Part shown: in pieces, positions 24,517 through 37,296 of the stretch
How positions within the stretch are numbered: the stretch's first letter is position 1
Layout of the letters: each line of letters begins with the position of its first letter
Source: Eremomyces bilateralis CBS 781.70
Lineage: Eukaryota
Strand: one strand, 5' to 3'
DNA length: 64,000 nt
Assembly: GCA_010015585.1 (NCBI GenBank)
Contig: ML975165.1
The notes under the pieces: generated by a model
The model's input: only the letters and a program-made list of their open reading frames with translations
The model's database searches: none
Told to the model about the DNA's origin: nothing
Program-made: the position numbers and the translations under genes

Positions 24517-26488
24517 CTTCCCCCTCTTCCACCTTCGCACGAAACGAACGAACCCAGCTGATCCTTTTCTCCACATCACGGCCGAACATCGAACCTATCT
24601 AATGATTGACTTCAAACATATTTCTGCGACATTGGGAGGTTATTCTGTCCGAACCAAAAGCCTGAAACCCCCCCACTAGAGATTACAGACCCCTATTCCT
24701 GGTGGCCATTGTCCTGCTTTTTAATTGATTTCTTTGCCCCTTTTCTTTCATCATTCGCCGTTCTTTCCACCGCTTGTCACGCTGTCACGGCTGCCTCACG
24801 AGATGACCCACGGACACAGCGCAGGTGTTGAGATGTTTTTCTGAATTTGCAATTTGCTTTCGTTTGAGTTTCGATCTTGTTGTTCCCTCGCTCGATTTCT
24901 TTCATATCTTCTGTCGTTTTAACGCTACTTTTCAATGCCGAGCCGATCGGGTCGTCCATGCAGGTGGGCTTCTCCCTCCTGTATTTATGTTTGACCTAGG
25001 ATGAGGATGAGGGGGGAGGGACGGGGGATGGGGTGGAACAGCTATTATGGGTAATCTAGTTACATAAATAACGGCGGATGAGGGGGTAAATGGGAGGGGC
25101 GGGGAAGGGGGGGCTGCATTATCCAGGAGTTGAATGCACTGCAGAACAGGAAAGGGTGCATACGTAGCGGAGAAAATTGCTACATATACGATGCGCTTAT
25201 GAAGTTTGGTTTATCGTTAGTTGGAAAATGCATCACATTCAGCGATCGATCATCGAAATGGGCGGGAGAAGTTGTCATTGAATTGTCTATCCACCATGTC
25301 CGGTCAGTGAATCTGCCCACGCAGGATCCACCGACCTACTCGAAGAACGACAAGTCAACATTGGCCCTTTTTTATCTGTTTTCTGTGGTAGTTGTTCCTG
25401 CCCCTTGCTCTGAATCAATCGTACAGTTGACACACCGCGTCTGTTGAGGGTTCGGGCGTCGGAGAGGCGACTTTGCTGGCTCGGATCCCGGACCGAGGGG
25501 ACAGGCGGTTTGGCAATCCAACTTCAAAGGGATGGGGTATGCGGCGTGGGAGGTCGATTGTTGATAACGCTTGGATGTGGTTGAGGGGTACGTGAGTTGG
25601 GGGTTGACGATAAGTAAGATGTTAAGGCATATCCACGTGCGAGCCTGTCATCAGGAAACGTAGGGAGAAGGGGATAAAGAGGCGTGAGACGAGGGTGGTG
25701 TAATCGTTGCACGGGCGTTGTTGCGGGGGAAAGGAAGGGTACGTCGAGGTGGGGTCGTTTGAGGGGGAAGAAAGAGGAGAGACATATACGTCGAGGAGCG
25801 TCGGAGAAGACTAAGCAAAGCGAGATGGAAGTATCTCGCCGACCGTTCCTACTCATCCCCGGATCGTAATGGCGTGGTAGGTCGAAAGGAGATCGTGAAA
25901 GTTCGAGGACCACAGCCGCCAATCTCTCGTCAAAAGAGTCGCAACCATCGTTTCTCCTCTTTCTCCACGACCCGAAGTAAATCCCGCGGTAGATGTTGTA
26001 CAAGAAGTAAAACGCCCAAGCACCTATAGACGGAATCAAGAACTCCCAGTACGCCTTGAAGTGGCGTGCTTCCCGGCCATTCCACCGTTCAGAACGCCAG
26101 GATATCCAGCTCGCCAGTGTGAGCCATGGTGCCATGTAAGAAGCAAATAGCGCAGTCGTTCTTCCTGCTCATCCATACGTCATGAGGGAGAACAAAGAGA
26201 GAGAGCACCGTGACTTTTGCGGTTCGTCTATCAATGGAGCGGTTCCGGGGAAAAGGCACCGCGGTGGCGACATTTCCCGACTATCCGTTGTCAAAGAACC
26301 GCTGGAAGAAGAATGTCACGAGAATACCGCCCGGCGCCCAGTTGCCGCGGGGAAAGGAAAAGAGGAAAAGGAAAACTCGGGGTCATGGTCGTCTATACAG
26401 TCCATGCTCATCGATCGAAAAAGGAAACGAACTAACGTAAATGAAAGCTAGGAAATGCCGGCAATAACGGGAGCGCGCCATCAAACGT

Positions 26489-28307
26489 CTAAGCCTGAGG
26501 AGTCACTCGCTGCTGCGGGTGTTGCTGCGGGTGTTGCTGCGGGTGTTGCTGCGGGTGTTGCTGCGAGTGTTGCTGCGGGTGTTGCTGAGGGTGCTGCTGC
26601 TGCGGCTGCTGCTGCCTTGGAGGGCCCGAGAAGCCATTATGCCTCTGTTGGCCGCCTCCACGACCACCCCGCATATTCCCACCGCCCCGTCCTCGGTAGT
26701 AGCTAGTGTTATATCCACCGGGCTGTCGCGGCAGTTGGCCCTGATTCTCCTTGCCATTTTCCGGAGCACGCGGCCGGTTGTCGGGCGCGTTGGAGATGGG
26801 ACGGGGCACGGTGTCGGGAGTCTCGTAGACATACAGGCGCTTCTCGATGACCTGCGGGATCGGCTGAATCTCGGTACCGAGTTCTTGCTCGATGCGGTAC
26901 AGGTTGAAGCGGTCGTCCCAGCTGATCAAGTTGATCGCCAGACCCAGGTGGCCGAAACGACCGGAGCGACCGATGCGGTGGAGGTAGGTCTCGGCGTTCT
27001 TGGGGAAGTCGAAGTTGATGACGACGTTGACGGCTTGGATGTCGATACCACGGGTGAGGAGGTCGGAACAGACGAGATTGCGGCAGACGCCGTTGCGGAA
27101 ATCGTGGAACACTCGGTTTCGGTTGTGTTGTAGCATGCGGGCGTGTGAGTAGAAGCAGGAATAGCCCAACTCCGTGATTTTCTTGGCGAGGAGCTCGACA
27201 CGGTTGGTGGAGTTGCAGAAGATTATGGACTGGTTGATTTGGAGTTTGCTGAAAAGGGTGTTGAGGCAGCGGACTTTGTCTTTTTCTTCGACGAACGCGT
27301 AGTATTGGGTGATACCGCGAAGGGTGAGTTCATCCATCAGGTTAATCTCGTACGGGGTGTTCATGAATTTCTCCTGCAAATCGTTAGCAAAACACGCCAA
27401 TTCATGTTTGAGATGTAGGTCATACCTTGAAGGACTTGACCACAAGAGGGAAGGTAGCGCTGAACAGCATCGTCTGGCGCTCCTTCGGACAAAATGCAAG
27501 CAACTGCTCAATGACAGGAGTAAACTCCGGGGACAACAGCTTATCCGCTTCATCCATTACGAAGGTCTGACAGCCCGAGAGGTCTGCTACGCCCTTCCCA
27601 GAAAGATCCAAGATTCTTCCCGGTGTTCCCACAATAATATGCACCGGCTCGCTAAGACGAATGATATCGTCCCGCAAGCCCGTTCCACCAGTGCTGACCA
27701 TGACATTGATCCCCAAATGCTTCCCAAGCGTCTTGCACACCTGTGAGGTTTGTAGCGCGAGTTCTCGCGTGGGGACGAGGATCAGAGCTTGCGTCTTGGA
27801 GTTCTTAGGGTTGATTTTTTCGAGCGTCGGGATCACGTAGGCGGCCGTCTTGCCGGTCCCGTTCTTGGCGCGAGCGAGGATATCGCGGCCCGTCAGGGCG
27901 ACGGGGATCGCTTCTTCCTGGATGGGAGAGGGCTTCTCGAACCCTGCTTCGAAAATTCCCATCATGAGTTCGCGTTTGATGTAAAAGTCCTCAAAATCTA
28001 GGCCTTTGGTGGCGGTGACATCCTGTAGGCTTGGATCAGTACGAATTCCAATCAGATCGGGTTGATCGTTCACACCTCAGTCTGATGTCGGGTGTCTTTC
28101 GCCGGCGCTTTGAGTCCCGATTTCCAATCGGAACCTTTCGCGGCTGTGGCAGCTGAGAGATTCGACACATCGGATGATCCTTGTTGTATTGTCCCCGGAG
28201 AGGATGAATTTGAGCTGATATGTCAGTTTCCACGTATCTCTCGTATGCCACGACAGCTCTCACTTTAAGTTGGCCTTCTGCATGGCAGAGGCAAGGTCGG
28301 CTGACAT
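26489..28307 (-). CDS. DHH1: ATP-dependent DEAD-box RNA helicase Dhh1/DDX6
   Basis: [54 protein letters not shown]. Three introns; RGG- and Q-rich C-terminal tail. Confidence 0.97.
26509..26615. repeat. 12-bp coding tandem repeat encoding (QQHP)n in the Dhh1 tail
   Basis: gctgcgggtgtt repeated about 7 times. Confidence 0.95.
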
Positions 28308-29429
28308 GGTGAAGGCTTGAGACGCTTCGTCTCAATAGCGACTGGATGTTCTTTTCAGTAGAGAGGTGATTGGTGGTCCAATTGATGTTTTTGGGCTCCC
28401 TTTGGAAGCAAATTTTTGGCTTCGCTTCTCGTTCTGTCAATGGTGAACCGACTCGGCTAACAGGATGATGTCAAGCGCCTCCACAGTGAGTTGAAATCGG
28501 TATGAGTTGAACGCCTGTTCGAGATGCGGATGAGAGTTCCTGGACTTCTTCAAGGTGTCAAGTATGGTGACTATGGGCCCCAGTGGTGGGTAATTGCCTA
28601 AAGGTGAAGTCAAGTTGATCGCTTCAGGCTGTTCAGAAGTGGTGGTGAAGAGCTGAGGTTTGTCTGGCTCGCTTGAGCTATTATCTGGCAGTGGAAGCGA
28701 GTTTGCGTATGGAGAGTTTGCAGTTCCTTGTGTGAGCGTATAGGTGTGAAGAATGGTAAAGTAGGATCAGGATCGGAGAGAGTGAGTAGAAGTACAATTT
28801 CGATTGAGGTTGGAGTGAATTGTGGTCAAGGTGATGTCGGTGGAGCGATTTGCTGTGAAGGTGAAGTCGAGAAGGTTGCGGCTGCGGGTCCACTTTAGGC
28901 ATTAAGGCATTGTTGAGGCATAAATTCACGTCACATCACGTGTATCACCCCATATTAGAACCACCACTGTTCCTTTCACTGCCGACTTTGCCGCTACAGC
29001 ATCTCCCTGACTCCCTGATAGTTATATAGTAATTAGTCTTCACCTCAATATGTGGTAGGACCTGCGCTGGAAACGCAGGAAATCATTGGTCTTTCATAGT
29101 TAGGCAAAGTATAGAGCTAAAATTTGGTCATCGTTTCTGATCATGTCGTGGTCATTGTGCCCTTCTATGTGTACCTGTATCGTCCCTTCGTGGCCCCTGA
29201 AACGCCGTAAATCATACATGATCGTTAAGCTCCTGCCAAGGAATGCCAACGCAGTGTTAAAAGTATCGAACATGAATTGAAAAAGACAAGGCACACATCC
29301 TTTGTCCATCACCATGAGCATCACCCTGGTCATCCTCCAATCATATGTTCATAATCCACATTCTTTCCATATAATCCATTCTTCCTATTCATATCAATCT
29401 CTCATCTCTCCTCGCTGTTCCTCATGCAT

Positions 29430-30755
29430 CTAATTCCTTCGAACGACGTCCCTGGCATACCGTCCGGAGAACCCCCGCTTCTTGAGAATCTTCCCGTTCT
29501 GGCACGTCGTCCCAGCAGCAACGGGCTGGAACACCACCTTGCCATGATTGCACAGGCCAAACTGGCCGGTTCCACTGCAGACAATCGCGCCCTCGGTTCC
29601 ACATCCGCTGTTTCCGCCGGCGGACTCGGACGCAGAGCCGGATCCGCTGGGTGGAGCGGCTGATGGGGAGGAAGGAACTAAATCAGAGTAGTCGGGAGCA
29701 TTGCCAGTAGGGCCTGCGGCCGGGGAGGTCTTCGTGATAAGTGTCGTGAGGGTAGAGGTGCCGGTAGGAGAGGTGGGAGCAGCGGGTGCGGTGGACGCAT
29801 CAGGAGCGAGGATACCACCGGGATTAGCGGGAACGGCTGCTGGAGTAGAAGGAGTAGCAGCAGGAGCTGACGAAGCTGGAGCACCGGAGCCGGAGTCAGA
29901 ACCAGATCCTGAGCCAGATCCTGAACCTGAGTCTGAGCCCGAGCCCGAGCCAGATCCTGAGCCAGATCCCGAACCTGAGTCTGAGCCCGAGCCCGAGCCA
30001 GATCCTGAGCCAGATCCCGAACCTGAGTCTGAGCCCGAGCCCGAGCCCGAGCCAGATCCTGAGCCAGATCCCGAACCCGAGTCTGAGCCCGAGCCAGCAC
30101 CAGCATCACACCCCGACCCCGTCGGCGGCTTCGCATTAACATTCGACGACCTCGCCACCGACTCCCCCGGATTCGGGAACGCCGTATCAAAATTTTGCGG
30201 GCTCGTACACTCCGCCGTCCCGACGTTCGCCACGAACATATCCGGCAGCTTGTCGAACCCGCTAGCGTCGCTCGCGCCGCCCGTGATCTCCACCGGCGCG
30301 CAGTTCATGTACATCTCCGGCGCGCCGCTCAGCTTGGCGAACCACGTCCACGCGAACGTCGCCTGGCCGCTGGGGACTTCCTTAGGGACCGTGAAGGGGA
30401 AGGGCGTCGTGCCGCCGTCGACGCCGGGGCAGCCACCTTCCATGGAGTGGATGACCTTGAATTTGGAGTTCGCGGTTGGCTCCTTGTCGAGGGTGATAGC
30501 AAGTTGGCAGGAGCCGCCACCGTGGACAGCAGTGCCGGCGAATTTGACTGTCTGCTGGCTGCCGGCTTGCATGGTGTTCATGGTGGAGATGGCGAAGCCG
30601 TTGGTGAGTTTGCAGGGGAAGTCGCTTGCCGTGATGGGGCTAGTATCGAGCTTGTCTTTGGCGAAGGGGACCGGGTTCTCTAGCTTGATGTGGGCAGAGA
30701 CGATGGAGCTCAGGAGAGCGGTAGCCGCAAGGGCGAGCGAGTTGATGGGGGCCAT
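29430..30755 (-). CDS. Secreted AA11 lytic polysaccharide monooxygenase with GS/ST linker and C-terminal 4-Cys module (X278-like)
   Basis: Signal peptide ending VSA|H gives an N-terminal His. [14 protein letters not shown] (second His), [21 protein letters not shown] (axial Tyr). C-terminal [20 protein letters not shown]. Confidence 0.9.
   Translation of the reverse strand: MAPINSLALAATALLSSIVSAHIKLENPVPFAKDKLDTSPITASDFPCKLTNGFAISTMNTMQAGSQQTVKFAGTAVHGGGSCQLAITLDKEPTANSKFKVIHSMEGGCPGVDGGTTPFPFTVPKEVPSGQATFAWTWFAKLSGAPEMYMNCAPVEITGGASDASGFDKLPDMFVANVGTAECTSPQNFDTAFPNPGESVARSSNVNAKPPTGSGCDAGAGSGSDSGSGSGSGSGSGSGSGSDSGSGSGSGSGSGSGSDSGSGSGSGSGSGSGSDSGSGSGSGSGSDSGSGAPASSAPAATPSTPAAVPANPGGILAPDASTAPAAPTSPTGTSTLTTLITKTSPAAGPTGNAPDYSDLVPSSPSAAPPSGSGSASESAGGNSGCGTEGAIVCSGTGQFGLCNHGKVVFQPVAAGTTCQNGKILKKRGFSGRYARDVVRRN
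29885..30095. repeat. Hierarchical coding repeat: 6-bp GS units organised in 48-54-bp SDSG(SG)n blocks
   Basis: gagtctgagcccgagcccgagccagatcctgagccagatcccgaacct repeated about 4 times with synonymous codons conserved between blocks. Confidence 0.95.
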
Positions 30756-32302
30756 ATCGACGAGTTGGTCGTGTAGATTTGCGAAATTTGCTTGAAGGAG
30801 CGTGAGGTTTTGTAAGAGATTTTGGGCTCTGAAAAGGAAAGTAGCCTAGGCCTGCTAGGTAAGAGCGATGATGAAGCTTTGATATAGCGAGCAACACCTC
30901 AGGTAGGTAAGGACCGTTGAAGACAACCAGTGTTTTTAAATGACAGCAGCCAGGCTGAATAATATTGCACTTCCTGAACAATAGGTGACACAATAGGTGA
31001 AATGAAGGGTGATGGATGGAAGACAAAGGAACTTCGGGAAACGGAGGGAAACAATCCTCTTTATTCCTCGTACATTGACTTGCCTATCCCCCAACACTAC
31101 GCGTCTTTGTTTCTGCCCACGCGTGTTCCCTCCGAGTCCATAAGTTTCACATATTAATCGACAGAAACTGGCTCGCTAGCCGTGATCGAGTCTCCGATAT
31201 TCAGGAGTCGTGTGATGGGTCCTTGTCCCGTCAGCCTATCGCTAAGCAAAGCTTAACCATCGAAACAATGGTGGGCTGTGATCCATCCATCTGCGACCCC
31301 AGGCGAGCTCCATTGTATTTTGTTGGCTTTGTTGCAGCTTCGATGTGGATAGACCCTCTCGGCCTATCCCTCGGCGGCTGTCGAGGTCATCCGAGTGAAT
31401 CACGATGTGCAGTGCGGAGAGTATCTCGGTAGATCGGAGTCCTCTGACTGTGATGGAACATGTACGTGTACTGCGGAGTGAAGGCGGTAGTCTTTGTGGA
31501 CCATTAACACGCCCATCTTTATGTCCATGGTGCCAATCGGCTCAGGGATGAAATTCAACACGTTTCATGGCGGCCGCTGTGGGAAGCTGATGTTGAACAT
31601 CAGTCGATGACCGCGGGGTGATTGGTGAACATGGATCGGCAGGGGAGGCGCGGAGAGTGCCCGCTCTGCAAGGGGCAGGCACCACAGCTCCCCGCCGATT
31701 GGTTGAGAAAGTTCCAGTTCCTGAATCTTCAGACACACATCGTCACTGTTTAAACTCGTGTGACAGATGGGCAATGTGACACCGATGCGAACTACCGAGA
31801 GGTGGATCAGATGCCGAGAGCTGGCATGGTTGTGTTTCACGAAACATTCATGAGTTTTGCGCCGGCGCCTATATTATCCACTGGTTAAGAGGAGGTGTGC
31901 ACATCTCCTAACAGCTCACTCCTTGTTTCCGGACTCTAAGCATACACGTCAGTCCTTGACGAGCACACGAAACATCTTGCACACTTTATGGCTGCTGCTT
32001 CTATCGCATTTATCATGATAGGAAAACACATATACACGGTTCGGATGGTCACGACTGTAGGCAAGAAGTCAGAGCGAAACATTGGTGGTGTTCGCAGACA
32101 AAGGCAACATAGGCAATGGTTGCAGCATGGCAACCTCGAGGCTGCCTCCTGCAGAGTACACGGCAGTTTTTGGATCTGAATGAAATTTTTCCGGTATTAG
32201 TCCTTAGAGTCATGCGGTGTCAAATCCCTTCGGCGAAGACTAAGTAATCCCACCAGTATGCTAAACACTCAGAAGCAACGTGTCGCTTTCGCCACCAACC
32301 TC

Positions 32303-32345
32303 CCAGCCAACTCCAAAGCAGCCAACTCCAAAGCAGCCGACTCCG
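32303..32345. repeat. 15-bp tandem repeat CAGCCAACTCCAAAG, about 3 copies, downstream of TAF5
   Basis: Directly visible in the sequence. Confidence 0.85.
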
Positions 32346-32462
32346 ATGAATTCGTCTTGGAAAGTGTAATGGCCCGTCGTATACCTCGCACTTAATTTCG
32401 CCCGTCGAGCCCTAAGTTCGGTGGACAAGCCCGAAGTCCTCTCCTGCACGCGGTCCCAAACT

Positions 32463-35008
32463 TTAAGGAAGATATGCGCCAGCCGCCATCACTAAGTTCG
32501 ACCCTGTGAACATGACGTGGTAGACCGGGCTCTTCTTCGTCGGAAACGCACTGATCTGATCGCTCGTCACCACGGTGTCCTTCGCCCCCTTGCCTTTCTT
32601 CGACGTGGTAATCGCCCCCGGGCCCGCGCCGGGTGTAGCCGCCGTATCGATCTTGGCGTTGATTGCGCCCGTGGCTCCGTCGACCGGCACTACCTTTCCG
32701 TTCACCACCGCCGAGTTGGTGTTGTCTACGGCCCGCTGCACGCAGTCCCATACCCGCACCGTGCCGTCCATACCCCCGGATACCAGTACGGTGCTCTCCA
32801 CGCTCCAGGATAGGCTCCAGATGCCGCCTTTGCCGTGTCCGCGCATGCGTCGAGCGCGTCGCCCGCTATGCAGGTCGAAGAGCATGATCGTACCACTGTC
32901 GTCGGCGGTCGCGAGGGTGAGGCCGTTGGGCGAGCAGGCGAGCGCCGTGATGGTCCCCGTGAAGCCCGTGAACATGCGCATCGGTCGCCCGGTGACGATG
33001 TCCCACATGCGCACCGTCTTGTCGCTGGAGCAGGTGAACACGTAGACATTGTTCGGGTGGAAGACGATCTGGTCGACGTCGTCGTCGTGGCCGACGAAGA
33101 GCCGGAGCGGTTCGACATGATCTGTCACCCAAAGTCGTGCAGTACGATCATGGGAGGCGGTCGCGAAGTAGTGCCCGTACGGACCCCATCGGACATCCCA
33201 AACCGGCCCGGCGTGACCTTTGTAGACAACAAGACATGCCCAGGCGTCGATGGACCACAGTCGGACTGTGCCGTCTCCTGATGAGGAAAGGAGGTAGCGT
33301 GAGTGGGTAGTAGGAGCCTCAGCATCGGTGCTAGGGTTGACGGTTGATGGTGAAAAGGAGACCGCGAAGACTGGCCCGGAGTGGCCGACTAACCGTTGAG
33401 ATGCGGATGGCTTGGTTTGTTCGCCGGAGATTTGGCTCGCGAGAGATGGAAGTGGTTTGCCATCAAGAGACCAGACTCGGATGTAAGACTCGGAAGTCCC
33501 TGCAGCCACCATTTTATAGTCACCCGAGATATCGATGCAGTTAGTTCTTGTAGATGTCAGTTCAGTTGCTATGAGTTGTTTTGATACAACCTACGTGTCG
33601 AAAGTGTTGTGGAAAGTGTACATAATGACACTAACTCCAGGCCCAACGCCACCAGTCACCCCCTCGATCTTGAACCGATCTCGGTTTTCTTTGATTCGTT
33701 GCACTTCCATTGCGACGTCCCGAGCCAACGGAGGAGGTAGAGGGATTTTTGTTCGCGGAGGTGCATCTTCGGTAGGTTCGCGCTTGATGTGAGCTTCGAA
33801 CTCATCAACATAGGATCGTTCGCCTGGACCTGGTGGGTCACGTGAATCTTCATCCTGCAGTGCTGCTCGAACATCTTCCATGGCATCATCATCCATTGGC
33901 AATGGTCCCAGTTGCAGTCGAGGCAGCACGTTTGGCGCGTTCGGATCGGTGTTGGCTGACCCGGCCATGTGTCCGGGAATCCCCTCGTCTTCTGGTGGAA
34001 ACGAGTCGTCGATGCCTCGAGACGCAAGCATTGCGGCAAGACTCCGCTCTTGGCCAGCTTCAGTTCGATTCCTGTGACGGATAGTCATGTAGGTGCTTAT
34101 GAGGAACATGATGACCGAGCCTCCCTCTGCCTCTTTTGCTTCCAAAAATTGGATGAGTGGATGAAATGCGCCATCGGTGATGGTAATTTGGTATTTGTTG
34201 TTGCGATAGTCCTTCGCCAGGTTGTTGTTTTCCACGTGCTCTGGGAGCGTAATCAAAGCAAGTTGACGAAGGTCATCTTCATGCTCTTTCTCGAAGAGTT
34301 CCTTAAACTTGTCGTAGAACTCTCCACACTGCTTCGGATAAAATTCCAGAGAAAGACTGAGGATGGAATAGACGAACAAAGGCCATAGCAGCCGCTTGAG
34401 TTCGACTCTGTACAGCTCCAAGCTGTCTGTGACCCAGGTGTTGAAGAGCTCTAGACCAGACGTTAGATCTACACGCGATGATCTTTTGAAAGCTACTCAC
34501 CAAACGAAGCAGGGTACTTCTCGCCACCTAGATCGTCAACGCGTGGCTTTTCGCGATTTCCACCATCGATGGTGTGCGACTCTTTCCGCAGTGTAGCTTC
34601 GGTTCTGCTGTACCCCTTCTTGTTCAGATACTCAAGCACCTGGTAAGGTCTAGCGTTAATACATTCCACTGCCCTTCCGACCATATGTGGTGTAAATGTC
34701 TGAAACCGCTTGTCCTTGGCCAAAGCCTGGAAAAACGCCATCTTGGACGGGGGGATATGGATGGCATTTGTGAGAGGAAGTAAGAGCAATCAAAGACAAG
34801 GGATTAAGGGAGTACAGGCGATAAAGGCAGAACTGATGAAGGCAACACATACTATCTGGTTCAGGTTCTGCTGTGAAGGAGTTCCTGGGCTCTGCCCTGG
34901 TCCATGGGATTGTATCGGAGTCGGGGGCATCCCCCCGCTGGGTGGCCCATTTGCAATGCTGGCACTGCGAGAGGGCGGGATTATCAATCCAGGATGTGGG
35001 TTCGACAT
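32463..35008 (-). CDS. TAF5: TFIID/SAGA subunit Taf5 (LisH, NTD2, WD40 repeats)
   Basis: QQNLNQI|VLEYLNKKGYSRTEATLRKE, LYRVELKRLLWPLFVY, MYTFHNT, WD40 repeats, terminal AFPTKKSPVYHVMFT. Introns 34852-34640, ~34500-34451 and ~33595-33548. Confidence 0.95.
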
Positions 35009-35564
35009 TTTCAAATGCGTTCAAATGCGTTCAAATGAGTTGGGGGCGTATTCACTTTGCGCTAGATTAGAATATCAATGCGACGGTCCCATCATCGACA
35101 ACGTCTTGGCGATCGCGAGGTGTCGCAGAGCACTTATTCTCAATATCTGTCACTTCGACCGGTATGTTTCCGCTTGATACCGTCGATGTATTCTTGTAAA
35201 TTGGGTGTTATTATGGCGATATTTCAAAGATGACTTTGAACGGCTTTGAAGTCAATTATCAAGAATTTAAGAGTGAGGTCAATGGAATATGCAGCTCATA
35301 TGAAGTTACAATTGATTGCGGCTCTGCGGGATCTCCATGCTTCGACGGACGATAGCTACCGTAAATGCATTCTTTCAATTGACCTCATACCCTGATCCCC
35401 CCCACCTCCCGCAGCATTGCTCATCCATTTCTGGCTACTGTCAATATTCGATTTAATATCGCCCATCGGGAGTGCTTTTATATTGGCATGCTGCAAATCT
35501 ATTTGGCCGTATCATGTCATAACCTTAGTGGTGGAGGGAGCAGTCCTACGGACGATCAGTTGAT

Positions 35565-36085
35565 ATGGCGAGCGAAGACCCCTCAAAAGCAGCTGGACAC
35601 ATCAATGCGCTGAACGACATTGCGCGAGTAAGTTGAAGCAAAATAGCTTGCTATCAGGGTACTGATTCTGATCGAAGGATGTTCCGGAACTCCTCCAAGC
35701 TGCCGGTTCAGCAATCAGCGCCATGACCTCGAAACCGCCGAGTTCCACAAACCATGGTAGTGATGCATCCCTGGACACACTTGAAGGTCGAAAAGCCGAG
35801 TTCCGCGCCCAATCAAAGACGTTCTTTACGCTCGTCAAAACCATCAGTGAGCGATTGCAGACGGAAGCGCAAGAGCTCGAGGACTCGGGGACTCTGTTGG
35901 GCGATGCGGCAAAGACCGAGACCGAAGAGGGGGTTACAAACGGTGGAATGGGTCGTTTCGATATCGGCGTCCTCAATGCGCGGGCTTCGGATGTTGGGAA
36001 AGCCAAGCAGAATGAATTGCTTGAAGAGGCTCGGAAATTACTCGAGGCGAAGGTGGAAGAGTCCGCTGGTGGACAATCGACCTGA
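35565..36085 (+). CDS. MED11: Mediator subunit Med11
   Basis: MASEDP..HINALNDIAR, intron 35627-35677, then DVPELLQAAGSAI..FFTLVKTISERLQTE..VTNGGMGRFDIGVLNAR, which resembles fungal Med11. Confidence 0.75.
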
Positions 36086-36161
36086 TCACGGGAAGTTCTG
36101 TCACGGAAAGGCCAGGCAGGACGTTCGGATGGATATCAGTGGCAATCCACTTTCCGCACAA

Positions 36162-37296
36162 CTATGTACCTAATATTCGAACAGGAGTTTGGCTGCTTTG
36201 CTCCTCTGCCGCTAGAGTCGGATCTTCCGAGCCCCTCCGTGATTTAACTGTATATTTCCGTATAATCTCGCCCCGATCTATATCCGCCCACTCCCGGAAT
36301 GCTTTGCGAGCATACATTATCCCCTTAAAGGAGTTGATCTCATTCCCAGTCACCCGGTGAGGCGGCACTATCACGTTCGACACTTGCGCAACGACGATCA
36401 TATGGTCATGGATTTCCATGCACTTGGCCGGCAGCAGCTGGCATTCGAAAATGGCCGGTATCGCCTGGTCGTTCTGAAGGACCAACGGGAATTTCGGGGT
36501 GACGGTGACGGGATACTTCCCACGCACCGACATCCATTTGCCCTCGCCGTTTCCTTTCGTGAATTCCGTCGCCAGGTCGTGGGCGAGGTGGTTGTGGGAG
36601 AGGAGGTGGACGAAGAAGGAGTTGCGGTTCAGGTGGCCTCGAACGATGGACTCGAGCGTCAACGATGGCTTGCGGATGTTGAAGGTGACGATCGGCACCG
36701 GGTCTAAGGTGACCGTCGAGAAGGACGATACGGTCATGCCGGCGAAGCGCCGCTGCGCTGATTCCAGAGGGATCTTCTTGTCTTTGACGGCGAGGAGATT
36801 GTCCCGATAGGCTGTCACTATCACGACAGGGTGTGGAATGCTTTGCATGGCCGTGCGTACAAGGTCGGGCTTGGTATGTCTTTCGCTAAGTTCATAATAA
36901 GACCGGGTGCCGGGTGACCTAACGGGGTATTTTTCAATCGAAATTTTTGATATAGGGCTGTCGGTCTCGTCTTCGGGTGCCAATCCTCTCTGCGCAGCGT
37001 CACTTGCATGATTGTCGTCCGTGAGATTGGATTGGGTTCCGTCGGGTGCATTTTGAAGATTTGTTGAAGAAGTGAAGAGCAATCGTCGGGATGGGGTGGT
37101 TTGGGCGATGCTTCTTGAAGTCGAGTATTTAGAAGTACCTATCGAGACGTAAATCAGCCTCCGTTTGCGGATTCAAGCACATCTGATTTGTCGTACATAT
37201 TGAGCGACTCCGACATATGGAGGAATATTTGGACAATGACTGCAATAGCTTCAACGAGCTGTAAGGGTTGATAGGTGTCGCCATGCGCTTCGCCAT
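36162..37296 (-). CDS. Flavin reductase-like FMN-binding protein, probably mitochondrial
   Basis: VRTAMQSIPHPVVIVT, GMTVSSFSTVTLDP.P.VTFNIRKPS.T, IHDHMIVVAQV. S/R-rich N-terminal presequence joined through intron 37196-37139. Confidence 0.85.

Noticed and set aside
25524..26135. 203-aa ORF downstream of DHH1
   Set aside because: No recognisable motif and UTR-like composition; more likely part of a long DHH1 3' trailer.
29701..30795. 364-aa + strand ORF with EPEPD repeats, and similar long antisense ORFs over DHH1, TAF5 and UTP22
   Set aside because: Antisense shadows of GC-rich, biased coding sequence on the opposite strand.
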